A program made the position numbers and the translations under genes. From the NCBI GenBank assembly GCA_012295275.1, contig CM022665.1:31062001-31126000 (forward strand): DNA of 64,000 nucleotides, in the 5' to 3' direction. This DNA is from Chrysomallon squamiferum (taxonomy: Eukaryota; Animalia; Mollusca). Of the stretch, positions 26,341-44,721 are shown one piece after another; position 1 is the first letter of the stretch; the number at the start of each line of letters is the position of its first letter. The notes under the pieces are model-generated. The model saw nothing but the letters and a program-made list of their open reading frames with translations, was not told the DNA's origin and did not search any database.

Positions 26341-29028
26341 ACAATCAGATAAGAATGTTAATGAATAATTTTATTATTTTAGGAAGCTTTCGCTGTAAAG
26401 TTTTGGCTTGCACTATTTAATGAGTACTGACTCATCCTATTATACAATTTTCCTTTTAAAATGCTTGAGTTTTTATTTGGTTTAAAATGGTGTATAATGT
26501 CACTGTTAATAGTTACTTTACTCAGTTAAAACCGATTTACGTATAACCTGTCTGAAAATATGCCAAGGTTTTTATTATTTGAAACTGTCTAAGAAGTAAT
26601 AAATAATAATAATAATAATAAATAGTGCAACAAAAAATAAAATAAAATAAAATAAAATAAAATAAAATAAATAATAAATAAACAAAATTATTGAGGTCTG
26701 TGGATTTCCCAAAACAGACTCGTTTTAGAACTAAGTGAAAAACAAATTGATACCAAACAAAACGAACCAAGTAAATTAATTCAGAAGTTGGAAATATTTC
26801 AAATTTGCTTATCAGTCCATTAGAACGAGTTAGAAGCAACATATCAAAAACTATTTTACAAGCACAGTTTACGTTTCATTGATCATATTGGTTAACTGTT
26901 TTCTATTCAACACATGGCAGCATACCTTTGCAAGAAAGGAAAATCTGCACTACACTTTGTAATATATAAAAGTATCTGCACAACTATCAAGAAGATTGTG
27001 TAATAAAAGTTTATTCCAAATATAAATGACACAAATAACACATTAGTACACAAATTGTATAACCATAGGCTATATATTTTAAACAATTACTCTAGCAAAA
27101 ATAAAAAAACACATGCTAATAATTATTCTGATTTTTTTTTTTTTTTTTAATGTGGCCTCCAATAATACTGCCTTCAAATATAGCTCAAGTCAGAAATATT
27201 TTAATATAAATAACACAAATTTCCAATTCGTTAGTTAAATAGAAACATCTGAAGCTTTTTAAGGTAACACACATTTCTGTGATGATGAAATGACTGTATA
27301 CAACAAACATGAAACAGTGCAATATTTTTAATCCATTTTCCTCCCTTGTAGGGACTGTGTACATACTATTAAGTACTATTAAAATAGTCCTTTATGTAAA
27401 TCTGAAAATGACATGGTAAACAATACATTATAATGATTATATATTAATAAAATGTAGCCAGTTGCATGTAGATATCATGTTTGTCGATTTCCAAACCTCA
27501 GTTAAAAACGCAAAAGCATTTATTCTAATTATGGTAAATAAAAAAGGGGATTTTTATTTATTTTTTTTACAATTCAAGATTCAGATATGTTTCACTGACA
27601 AAGTTGCAAAATGTGCAATTTGAAATTCAAAATGTAATGAATACTATAGTTTTTACAAATAAAAAATGATGTATACAAATATAAGCTATGATTCCATTTA
27701 CTAAATGCAATTACTTTACTTTTTAACAACTCGGGTAAAGATAATTTAAAAAATAAAAAAATAATAAAGGAAACATCACTTTATAAACAGTGCATAAAAT
27801 TACAATTACTGCACATTTTGTGTTTTTATCTGAAATGTACATCAGTTCAAAGTATCCTGGTTCCCTTACCTCACCCTAAGCATCACAACTAGCTAATGTT
27901 CAAAGTTGCTGACCTTAAAATGTCTTTGCTACCATAAATATGAAGTTAAAAAAAAAAAACTTTGAATTTACGATGATGATGATATATTGCTCATTGATTT
28001 TTAATAAACTTAATTTAAAATGGTAAACAAATATTTCTTGATCCACGATTGTATTTCACTCATACTCAGCATATGATCAGCCTCCAACATTAACATCAGG
28101 AAACACAGACATGGTAAAGATTATACTATTTCTTTCATTAGATTAGCTGGTAAATGGATGTATGTTTGAAATAACAAATAATGGCCATTTCTTTTTTTTT
28201 TTATCCAATTTGTTATTTTTTTGCACTGCCTTTATAGTGCAAAAAATTAAATGTGATTTATAAATCTTCATTAATTATTAACAGCTCTTCTGAAATTGTC
28301 ATAACTACAAATTGTTGAAAAATACAACTTGAAAATTTACAAGATCTTAATCTTTTAAGAATTATTAGCTTCTACTATGTATGAAATATATAATAGTAAT
28401 AATATAATATAAAAATAAAATTAAAAATAAAAGTAATAAATAAATTAATAAATAAATAAAACAAATAAATAAATTAATAATTATAATAATAAGGATTTCA
28501 TAACTGGAAATATATGATCTTAAAAATAACAATAAAAATGTCAAATAAATAAAAAACTATCATCCCTTCATTAATCATATCAAAATATAACATTTATCAG
28601 ATACATTATCTGTTTTTCATTCAGTTCCACCAGTACTCTGTTTTAAATATTAAATTGGTTTATCACCTATAATTCAACATTTTTATTTTCATATTCACTA
28701 GTGGCTCCTGATAATGAAATTGATCATGTTTATTACAAATTAAGTAATCTGACCATTAGACTCATATTTTTTTTTTTTTTTTTTTTTTAAATTACATATA
28801 ATATTACTGACTCCGTTATACACAAAACAGCTACAGATAACATTATTACAAAAAAAGTAATAAATAAAATGAACCAAGCAAAACACTCCAAATAAATATA
28901 TACATAAATGATGGAGTATTTTAAAATAATGTAGTAAATATCTTTTCTTCTTCTGGCTACTGATGTGTTCTGTTTAATTCATGTGGTGATCTACATCAGA
29001 GAGAAGGGTCAAGTTTGCTGAATTCATT

Positions 29029-32000
29029 TCAAGAGTGCACCAACTCTGCTATCATGCTGTTAATAATAAACAGAATTATAGACTGATACAGAAGTATAAA
29101 TACAATTTTAATAACATCAAAATAAAAAATTAAAATAATGCCTAAACTGTCAAATGTACTTGAAATGGCAAAACACTGCATGACTATGTAAATGTTACTG
29201 CTAAAGATAAAAATATTGAAGAAAAAAAGCAACAATGCCACCTGTAGCTCCTAGTATCCAATACAAAAAAAAAAAAAATAATAATAATAATAATAATTTT
29301 AAAATTTCAGATTTAAATATATAAATGACAAAACAAAGATTGAAGATATTATGAACTAATGTTAATGCATTAAAAATCAAGATTGCAAAAATAATTCATC
29401 ATCTATGGTTTAATGTGCAAAGCAGGGGCCTCTGTTCCTCAAGCTCTTGTTACGTACAATGATATTGTTAACAGAATGTTCATGACCTCAAAGGTGTCTT
29501 TATGAATGTCGTTAGCTTATGATATTGTTATACTAACAACAAGTCCAACCCTATTATTAACAGTGGTGTTTATTAAAGGTCGGACATAATGAAGCATGAC
29601 AAGCACTGCACATTCTACAAACTACATAAAAATCATATCCTGCTGATCACTAACTAATATCATCCACTAATGCTCACATTTCCTGGCTATGAAATTTTGA
29701 TCATCATCTTGCGGTCGGCTCTGCCTGCTTAGTAAAAGACTATTAGTCTGTGAGACAGGTTGAATTTGGGTACCAAATTGATTAACAGATCCAATATGAA
29801 AGTCGGTAAAATAGCTCAACTTTTGTCTTAGGAACATGCATTTTTGATTATGTTTTTCTATACAGAATTCTGCATCTGTATAATTATTTATAAAGCATTT
29901 AGTAAAATCAATAAATCTGGCTGAAAAAGGCAGACTCTTCAATCATTTTAAATTAAAACATTGTCAGATCAATTTTTTTTCTGACATTTTATAACTATCA
30001 TACAAGAGTTTTTAATTTAAGAATGTATCATTGAAACATTTAATATCTTTCTAAAGGACAGTAACATAAGCTGCTATATAAATAGTTTACAGTTTGGCAA
30101 ATGGCCTTTGTGCATTCACAGTATGATTCAGAATGTTATTATTATGCAACCTCTTAGATAATTTCATATCTGAATTGGTTTTATGGTCATTATGCAGGAA
30201 AATCTGAAGATTGCAAATTAACCCTGTAATATAGTAATAGGTCTTAAAGAAATACGAATATTTATCTTTAGTCCATGTCAAACATTTTTTTTAGATTTAA
30301 GGAGAGGAAATTAATGCAAACAGGATATGATTAATATCATAAAAACATTTACAAAATGTTTATACAAATTTGTTGTCTTATTCAAGCACAACATATAGCA
30401 AAATAGCATACAAGAAATTTAACTTTAAATGATGTACTTAGTTGTAACATGAATAAAATTTAGTGCATTTTTTTCTGTAATAAAGACCAATGTATTCAAC
30501 AAAATACATATAAATAAATACATCTGTTCACCAATTTGGTATTCAAAGTTGAAATTTAGGCACACAGGCACTGCACAAAACATACATCTTGTGGGTAGTG
30601 AACACAATAATGATACAGTAATTCTCTTTATTATGACAGACTTTGAACAATATTGTAATGACACTTCTGGCTAACAATCGTTAACTCAGCTGTTATGTTG
30701 TTCACACTATTTTATGATGACTTTATGATCTAACTATGGACATCTTTTGAAACATGTCCCCTGTCTTTAACTTACTTACCTATATAAATAGTAAAAGAAT
30801 GAAAGAAGGTAAAAGGCCAACTTTATCCAGCCTTCTTTTTGAGCTCTGTTCAATTCATCTGCATTCATAATTGAAGTAGGATCATAAATCCCTGGTGTAC
30901 TCATAACTGGTCGAGTCATGTATCTATGATAAAATAATATATATATGTAAATTCACCTACACATGCTACAGTGTGTATTTGTTCTTTTTTATCTTTTTTT
31001 TCATTTTTTTTTTTTTTTTTTTTTTGAGAGGGAAAATGATAAAATGTTTGTTAAGGAGCTGAAATAATTTCAAAACATAAATAATAAAGAACTATATATA
31101 TTCATTATATATTTCATTACATACCAAATAAACTTTTTGATTACTCATTCACCTGTGGCATACTTTCAATAAAATAATTTAAAAAATAAGATCATGATAC
31201 TGTTAGGAACAAGAAATTTTTGTTTTAAAATTCAAATAGGATCATTTTGTATATGAATATAAAACAATTTCTTAAGAAAGTATTCAGTTCGAATGAATGA
31301 ATGACTTTAAGTAACATTTTTCAAGGAATGATTATTTGAGCTGTCAAACAGTTTTTATATAATTAACCTATAAAAGAAGAATCATGCTGCTATATGGGCT
31401 ATTAACAGGAAAGAATCTTAATAACCATCTTACAACAGACAGGAAAACACATAGCAATTTTGATAAATAGGAGAATACTGATTTAATTTTAAAATGTACC
31501 TTCTGATGTGATAAAATAACAATGGTAGGTTCAAAAACACAGTCACAAACTCAAATGCAAATAGGAAAAGAAGTGTATAGAATGCATGGATCAAATACTC
31601 AGGTAGGATGAGCTGAAAATAAAATATGAATCATTATTATGATTTAATAAATAAAGATATTTTAAAAATATCTACTTGAATCAAATGTACATCATATAAT
31701 TATTTCCATCAACAAACACATTTTTTATGTTTCATACAAACTTATAATCTTAAACAAACATTTTAACAGTCCTAAATGGTTTCATAATGTGATACTTTTG
31801 GTTACAAGTTTACTAGCTCTAAGAATACAGCTTATAAAATGGAATTTGGAAGAAAAATAGTTACTGGATTTAAACTAGAACATTGGTCAATAGGATTCTT
31901 ATAGTCAGTTTTCAGCTCATCAAAGGCAATAATCTGAAAATAAAAATAAAAAAACATATGTATGAATATAGCGTACATGTATTTATCTTACTGATAAAAT

Positions 32001-32580
32001 TTCTCCCTGACTTCATCTCAGATTTAAACATCCAAATGGTGTTTTTTAAAATTGTTATTATTTTTTACATATACTTTAATGAATACACATATAAAATGTG
32101 TCCCATTCAGATTTTTAAGGATGACCATGTATATTTTAGTTTAAGTTTGACATAATGAGAATGTTACTGGTAGGATTATTCCTTCATTGGTCCATTTTGA
32201 AATTTCCATTTTACCAATTTGGCCATACCCACACCTTTCTCCTTAAATCCTGCATTACTTATCTTCTCTGTAAATGTGCATATTTTACCCTCAATTCTTG
32301 TGTCTTCAACTTGATGCAAAATTATTTCAATGTTTATCATAATAATAATTTAAAAAAAAAAATAAATAAATAAAAAAAAAAAAATGTGGAAACGCGTGAA
32401 ATAAATTGATAATAATTATAAATATATAATATAAATACATTAATGTAATTTTCAAATTATCCTTATTTACTAGTAAACATCATCATATTTATGACTTACG
32501 TGAAAAATTACAAAAAATATCAGAATTGCTGCTAATATCAGAGCAGCAATGTAACAAAACGCAGCGAAAGTAAAAGCCAT
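29029..32580 (-). CDS. CNIH1: Protein cornichon homolog (CNIH1/cni type COPII cargo receptor), 5 exons, 144 aa
   Basis: Exons 32580-32500, 31933-31865, 31612-31500, 30923-30780, 29056-29029 (435 nt). [82 protein letters not shown]. Confidence 0.95.
31291..31470 (-). mobile_element. Degenerate copy of the SINE-like family in a cornichon intron
   Basis: (GAAT)n tail, ATGGGCTA and ACAGACAGGA blocks shared with the 5468 copy. Confidence 0.45.
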
Positions 32581-32808
32581 TTTGAAAAGGGAGGTAATTC
32601 TCGATTTAATTGTCCTGCTGCTTAAAAAACTAATGATTATGTTTAAATGCTTTCTACGTTGAACTTCATTTGTTTCCTTTTTTGCTTGTACTTATCATTT
32701 TTAAAATTATTATTATTATTTTTTGTCACACAAAAAAGTTTAATTTGTGTTACTGGCTGGATTTTTAAAAATCAATGCAATATATAGTCATAATAGTGTG
32801 GGTGAAAA

Positions 32809-32810
<2 letters not shown>

Positions 32811-32854
<44 letters not shown>

Positions 32855-32862
32855 GAATGAAT
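32811..32862. repeat. (TAA)n / (GAAT)n microsatellite
   Basis: Visible run in the CNIH-PPP1CB intergenic region. Confidence 0.9.
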
Positions 32863-33459
32863 GATAAATAAATACCGCCCTCCCATTTAACGATAGTGGA
32901 AAAATATTGGAGAGAGAGAAAAAATATCAGAAAATAAGTCCCGCTCATTCGAATTCGAAATGTTGATGACGATACTAGGCACACTTGTCCGCGTTCTAAG
33001 AAGCAAGTGAGTCAAGAATGTCTTAATGTTTACGTTTTACAAAATGGAGCTTCTACAGAAAGTAAATAAAATATCCTCCAGGCCAAAAAAAAAAAAAAAA
33101 AAAAAAAACCAAACCAACAACTACAACAAAAAAAAAAAAAAAAAAAAAAACAAAAAAAAAGAAGAATCAGAAAACAATCAGCAAGACCACGAACCAGAAA
33201 ATGTTTGGAAGGACCAGCAAGAAAAAAAAGAGGAAATAGAGAGTATTTGATGGAATGAGGTGCACATTTTATGCACGCACGCACACACACACACGCACAC
33301 ACGTGTCGACATAGACTGAATCATTGGTAATAACAGTGTAATCTAAATAAATCTTATTTGAGTGATTCTGAACAGTTGCTTATGTGGGATGAAAGGCTCC
33401 CACTAGATGCTTCGTTACACAGTCGATGGTGTTTGTCACGGACGTGCGTCAAAAATAAA

Positions 33460-33490
<31 letters not shown>

Positions 33491-34573
33491 TAATAAAAAT
33501 TCTTTTCTGAATTTTTTTTTTTTTTTTTTTTTTTACTTTAAATTATCTTTTATTTAAAATGTTTCTGATACTTTGTAATCTGGTTTGGTTGTATCTGCTT
33601 TGAATTGTCTCTGGCATTGGTGGTAGGCTTTTTCCCCTTATGATACTCTACAAATCAATGTAAGGGCAAAGACTAATATTCAGTAATATTTAAATGAAAC
33701 TCACATTATTCCAATTAAAAAAAAACAACAACAAACAAACAAAAAAAAACTAACAAAATGATCAAATGAATCTTTTCTTCGTGTTTTTATTTTGATAAAA
33801 CATATATTAATAGCATATTTGTTTAAAGAGGATTAGGCTAAACTCTATTTTATTTTACGTGAAAACTGATATCTGTTCATTTAGCCTACTTATCGGAATA
33901 TTTATAACTGACTATTGTCGATTCAACCAGTACACTTTTTTCTGTCTTCTTTTTCTTTTCTTTATTTGTATCAATCAAATTCATTTCATTGTATACATTC
34001 AATCTATCATGACGATGGCGTCCCTTTTGCTAGGATTCTAAATCCACCACTGATACGAGCTAATATATTAATTATATCGGTTGCGTAAAGCCTGTTGTCT
34101 CACAGATTCTCATTAACAACAAAAATAATGAAGAATATATTAAATAAAATAAATATATTAAATGAATAAAACAAAGGATTTATTTATTTTTTAAATTAAT
34201 TTCTTATTTAGTTTCTTAGGGTTTATCTTTACATGCATAACATGCTGTTAACTCACATTAACAATTATTTTCTTTTTGTTTTTCTTTCTTTTCTATTTTT
34301 ATTTTTGCAATTAGGCTTATATTTGTCATACATTTATTGTTTGTTTAGTGTCAACTAGATCTCAGTCATACATAATAAAATATGTATATTTACAAAGGCA
34401 ACTCATTAATATTGAAATAATGAAACATATTCTGTATGTCCGTCTTGTAAAACAAGTTAATTTGTATCTATAATTTCACCTAAAGCATAGTTTATTTGGT
34501 TTATCAAATATTATGTACCGAAAAATCATGGAACCGAAGCAGCCTTGTCGTACTGTTAATGTTTGCTTGTCGG

Positions 34574-34603
34574 TGCGCGATGACGTCACTATTAGGGAGC
34601 AAA

Positions 34604-34611
<8 letters not shown>
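34574..34611 (+). promoter_or_regulatory. Palindromic CRE (TGACGTCA, 34581-34588) and YY1/TISU-like CAAAATGGCGG over the PPP1CB start codon
   Basis: Exact consensus CRE in a CpG-rich patch, ending 15 nt before the ATG. Confidence 0.55.
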
Positions 34612-38629
<4,018 letters not shown>

Positions 38630-41600
38630 TAAGAAGTGGAATAATCAAATATTTATCACTTTGGCAAACCTTTATGATATGCAATGGCTGAAGAGCTTTT
38701 TATGTTATCAGCTGGCCACTAACGTGGGCACTATTCCACACACTTGACAGTATTTTATGAGTTAAATCATTTTGCTGTGAATTTCATTATATCATTTCTT
38801 GTATGTTTTTGTTGTCATGACGGCCACAAGGAACAACAAAGCTGTAGTGCAGGTTTAATTAAAAAGTTTTTAAATAGTGATAAATGTACAGAAATAGAAT
38901 GCATGAAAGTATAAGAAAGACTGAATGAGTTTGTATGTCCAATTAGTAAATGCTTATTTAGGCTATTCTGATTTCTGCATATTCTTAACAAGAAATATAA
39001 ATTATATTGAAATGATTTTAGATGAAAAAGACTATGACATGTTGATGTTGTTTTTATTTCCGAAATGATCAAGATATTTAAAATTAAATAGACTGTTGTA
39101 TTTTGACATTTTGCAAACACTGACAGATGCTATTTAATTAGAATGGTTGTTTTAATACTGCTCAGAGGACTAAACTTAATAATATTATGAACAGAAAATC
39201 ATAAAATCTGTCCCCTCATAATTTACATTTAGCAAAATTAATTCTTAGTTCCTTATTCAAATATGAAACCAGGAAAACTATAATTATTTTTTACAGTTAC
39301 TTGTAAATATGAAAATTCATCTTTTAAAATTTCCCAAACAAAACATTAAAATTATTGCTTTCAAGTTGGATACAACATTCTACAAAAAAAAAAAAAAAAA
39401 AAAAAAAAGTTCAGGAAACTGAAAATTGTATGTGCCAGTATTATAAAAGAGGTCAGTTTTCATTATGCAAATATTTTTATAAACCATAAAAATTTAAAGT
39501 GTTCAATTTTTTGAATTTAAACAAAATAACATGATTTATAAAAGGTAATTATTGCTTATGTGAATTTCAGTATTTTTCTAATGTTAATTTTGGGTCTGCC
39601 ATATAGATATTTTTTTGTAAGGAATGTGTATTAAATTTTTTTGTAATTTCTTGCACAAAAGACTGAGACCAAACTGTTGGATAGTTATTCATTTTATTTT
39701 TCATGATCACTGAATTCAACTAAAGTTTTGACTGAACACTGAGAATATATAATTTCTTTTTGTAAAACATTTTGTTAATCAATGTTTATTTCATCAAAGT
39801 TTCTTATATAGATTTGAAATATGAATTTTTCGGGATCATTTTGGATGTTCAATCTTTTTACATTATGCATGCCAAACTAAAATATTATTGCTTATCCAAT
39901 TTTTAAAGTTGTTCAGTGTTAATTTTATTTATTTAATTATTTTTTCAGTTGTTATTGTGTTCTATTATATTTTAACAATGTCCAGAAACTTTAACATGCT
40001 AAATTATTCTTAAATTTTTTTCTTTTGTTTTGTTAGTTCATCTTGGCATTTTTGTTTTGACACATCTGTTAATAAATGAAAACCTTTTAGAGTGTGATGA
40101 GGTCCAGTTTTATGTGCCTTACATGTATGTCCATATTTCTAGGTGAGAGTTTGATGTCTAGTTTGTTGTACTATTTTGCTTGTTTGTTGTCTCATTTTAA
40201 CACCAAATATTACTACAGTTACCATGTAAATTTACAATTGTTAAAGTGCCTCTTCAGCATCAGCATTTTTACCTAACATTAGGTAACAAATTGTAAAGAT
40301 GGTTATTATTAATAAATATTTAGTTTCCCATAACCTAACAAAACCATTGCAATATGGGATATAGAGATTAGGAAAAAATAAAATTGGTCATTTAAAAAGA
40401 ATTACTTGGTTACAAAATACTTGTAGGGTTGGTTTAAAAGTATTCCACATATACTGCTAGTTTAATGCAAAATTGTGCAGCAACAGCTACTTGAAATGTC
40501 CAAAACTAATCTATGCAGTGCTATCAATTAAAAACAGATTATTAATTATCTTACTAAATTTTTAGTATCTGACTGAGAGACTTAGGAATGGTGGCCTTAC
40601 TAATGCATGTAAATTAAAAAGTATGCAAAAGGCTATTTTTGCAAATCTAGTATATTTTAAGTTGCTGACTCTGTGTATCTGTCTTTCTCAGTATACACAC
40701 ACTAACCATACTTATGACCAAGAAAATCCTGCTAAATAATTTTAAGTTAAATTAATATTTGTTGTCATGGTAACATTGTGCGTTATTTATCATTTCAGTG
40801 AAAAACCGAAAATACACATTTCTTTGTTGCTATGTCCAGAGTAAAAATTTCATGTCTTGTTAGTGAGTTTGTATGAGTGGCCCAGCAATGGTTGCAATTT
40901 TAATATGTTAATTTTTTTTTTCCGTGTCAGAGCAATACTAGTAATTTGTCCAGTAATTAATTGAAACACAAAAGAAACTGAAAATATTGATCAATTTTTT
41001 CCTTTATATTATATGTGTCAGTGCATTTTAAGAATGTAAATATTGGGTTAGTGTTCAGTGTAAAATAGCAATTTAATGTATAATAGTTTCCAAAAATTAT
41101 GCTTAAATAGGAATTGTTACCTTCGTCAATATTCAAAATATAAGTTGTTTGTAATCTTTAAGCAAGCAAAATAGTATTTGAAAATTTTGGGCAAGATTTT
41201 TATCCACATCTTCATTATTATTCTATATTTAATGAACACTGCAGTGTTCAACAGAGGACTTTGTTTTCCAAATAGATCAAAATCCGTATTATAATTTGTT
41301 TATTTTGAAATGTGCAAATTGCACTACTTGTTATTAGAATTTTTTTTTTTAAACTGTCATCCTTGCCTGGACTGCTAAAACTTTTATCTTTGTACAATGA
41401 AAGTAGTGATTAAAAATCTGTCTAAAAAAAATATTTTATAAAATTTGTGTGTCTCTGTGAATGTATGTACATGAAGCTGCTTTTGTATTAGTTGTAAGTA
41501 GGTGGGTGAATTTATATTTATATTTAACATTTCTTATTAACTAGTTATTAATTGCTTACTAACTTTGTTTATATACTTAGATATGTATTCAAGAATAATG

Positions 41601-43929
41601 ATGTACATACATTTTTTTTTTTTTTTTTTTAATTTTTTTTATTATAAATGTATATATTAATTGCCAGAGATTTAAAATATTTTCTTGCTGTTGATGATAA
41701 AAATATTTATATTTTACATCAGGTTACATTTTGAAATTTTAATAACTGATGATTAATTTGGTAAATTAGCTTCTTTTTTCCTTTTATTTTTTTTGATAAC
41801 CAACATAGTAAAAAGGTTCATACAGCAGACTTTTTCTTAATAAATATTCACTCTACTAATAGCACAGATAAAAATTTCATAACTACCACTTCTTGTTGAA
41901 AACCAATGACTCTATACGTACTTTTGCAAGAATTACTCAAAATTACTTCAATATTATTAAATGTTATATAATTTATATAACCAGTATAAATTAACCATAT
42001 TAACTGTTAGTTGAAAATTATTTATGCAGTTGTTATTGTCATTTTTAAATTGTGTTAAATAATAACACTGAGATGAAGGGAAAAAAATTTCTATATTAGA
42101 AACATTTTAAATACTTTAACATCTGTATTATTGTGTAATGCTTATTGTTGTAAAGATCTAAAAAAAAAAAAAAAAAAATAAAAAAAAAAAAAAAAATGAT
42201 GAATTTTCAAATGTTAATTCTAAATAATGTCATAATAGTTTTCACTGAGTAAAGTTATTTTGAGTTTTGGGCTTGCTATCCACTTAGAAGTGTTATTGAA
42301 GAATTGCCACTGTTTAGTATTATTATTTGTGTGATCAGCACATTTTTCCTAATACAGTTTCACTTGGTTGATATGTGTTTGCTTTTCATATTTATACAGC
42401 TGTAACATTTTGTTCATTTTCTTAGATTATTGTTTTTCACTGCTGAATTACTTTGGAGGAATAAAAATTATATATTTTGTAAGGAAAGCTTACTTCATTC
42501 TGAAACTTATTGTAAATCCGTGGTATAGTTAAATGGTCTAATTTTCATTCTGGTTTCTTCCATACGATCAACAAATAAACTGAATTAAAATGTTATATAA
42601 TTTGTTTGTAATGTCAAACTATGTTTTAAATTAATTTAATTGTTGTTGCTATTTTTAAATTATTACCATTACTATTTCTAGATGAAAAAATGTATCTTAA
42701 TTCTGTTGTTACCTTATGTAAATTATACTTTATTGGTACCGATGTTTTAAATATGGGTAAAAAAAAGAAGAAAAATCCAGATTTAAAGTAATAATTATAT
42801 TTATTTTCCAGAAGCATTTTTATTTTAAAAAAAATAAAAATAATTTTTGTTTCATAATAAAGATGATTAAATAAGTTAAGAATTGTCTGTTTTATACAAG
42901 ACCCTGTCAAATGGGCGCAATTATTATTTTTTTGTTTTGTTTTGTTGTTAATAGTATACCAAACCATTCTGAAATGGTTAGAAATTTATTTCTGATGCTT
43001 GCATTTGTTCACCCTTGTTTAATCTATTTACAATACAGATTAAAAGAAAAAATACAAAACTGGTTTTCTTTATTTTTGCATGTGTCATTTTAGATTGTAA
43101 CATATAAGTGTTTATGTTCCATTTTGTTTTGCCACAGATGGTGGGTCAGTTACTTTGTTGGAATCAGAAACAGCAATGCATTGATAAATCATATAGAATT
43201 TTCATTTTTCTTCAAGGTATTTGTGAAAATACATATTTTGTGAAACCATCTTAAAACATTTTCATGCTATAGTCTGGTTTAGTGAATTTTGTTTTTTAAA
43301 TTCTTGAAATCCCTAAAATTCACGTAACTTTATTCAGCAAACAAAGTAACCTTTGAAAAGCAGGCAATAATGTTAAATTCTAAGTTCTATTAATACTAAA
43401 TAAAGGAATAGGTATGAAATACTGATATTTCTGATTGAATGTTAGTCATTAAATTGTGTTACAGCTGGTGAAAATGTATGAAATGGTTATAAAGGAATGC
43501 AAAGTTTTATCAGTTTTTTATAACCTTGTACTCTGAGTGAAGTATATTTTTATTAGTGTATTAAGTGACATTAAATTAGTCCATCTGCCACTGAAACCTG
43601 TGACCCCCCCCCCAAAAACAAATCACATTCTGAAATGGATCACATCCTTTTACAGATCCCTTGCAATCTGACTCTTGCATCCCATTAATGTCACAGGCTC
43701 AGCAATCTGGGCTTAAATTCCCAGTCACAGCAATGACATTGAATAAGTAATATAAAATATCTGTTCATTAGATAGCATCTTCCAGTAAACGTATAACCAC
43801 AAAAGGAACAAATGAGTTAATTTTAATACATTGAGAATGAGATGAAACCAAATGCCACAACATGATCAGCAGAAAAACATCTTTTATATTATTCAGCAGT
43901 ATTTTTTCTGGGTGGCTATCTTACAAAAC

Positions 43930-44032
<103 letters not shown>

Positions 44033-44721
44033 ATAATAGTAATACTACTAAATAGAAATAAAAACATGATAAATGAAAATAAAACTGATATGTAAAGAGG
44101 TTTTTATTTCAAGTTTGTTATTTAAATATTTATCCAATAAAACTTGGAACTGTGATAGTCATTCAAGTATGAAGAATTAAGCATCAAATTTTTATTATTT
44201 TACAAATTTTACTGTCTTTAGGGTAAAGATTTAACACTTCATTTTAGATACCTTAACTGATTAATATAAACCATTTGAAGTAAATGCTGGGAACATGAAA
44301 TACCTGAAAATGAGAAAGATAAAATATAAAATAATAGTTTGAATGAAATTAAAGTTGCTACATGTTTCTATTTCATGGACTACTTTTATTTGAATAGCAG
44401 CTAGATTCTTATTGACAAACATACCACTACTTTTGATAAACCCTTTGCGAGACCGTGACTGGAACAGGAAATAAATCCAGCAGGTGAAAACTATCTCACC
44501 AGAAGACGTCACTAAAACAGCTAATCTCCACAGGACTAAATACCTTTTTTTTCACCACAGGACTTCAGAATAAAATAAAATTTCAGTACACAAAAAAAAA
44601 AAAAAAAAAAAAGGTTTTCTATTAGAAGAAACAATTTTACCAAACATAACCTTATAGTTTTAATATATCAAAATCAGTTTCAAACCAAAGAAGGGCAATT
44701 AGTTATACCGCTCACATGAAA

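Noticed and set aside
33026-33302. Lys-rich and Phe-rich ORFs between cornichon and PPP1CB
   Set aside because: Produced by poly(A) runs; no domain or splice support
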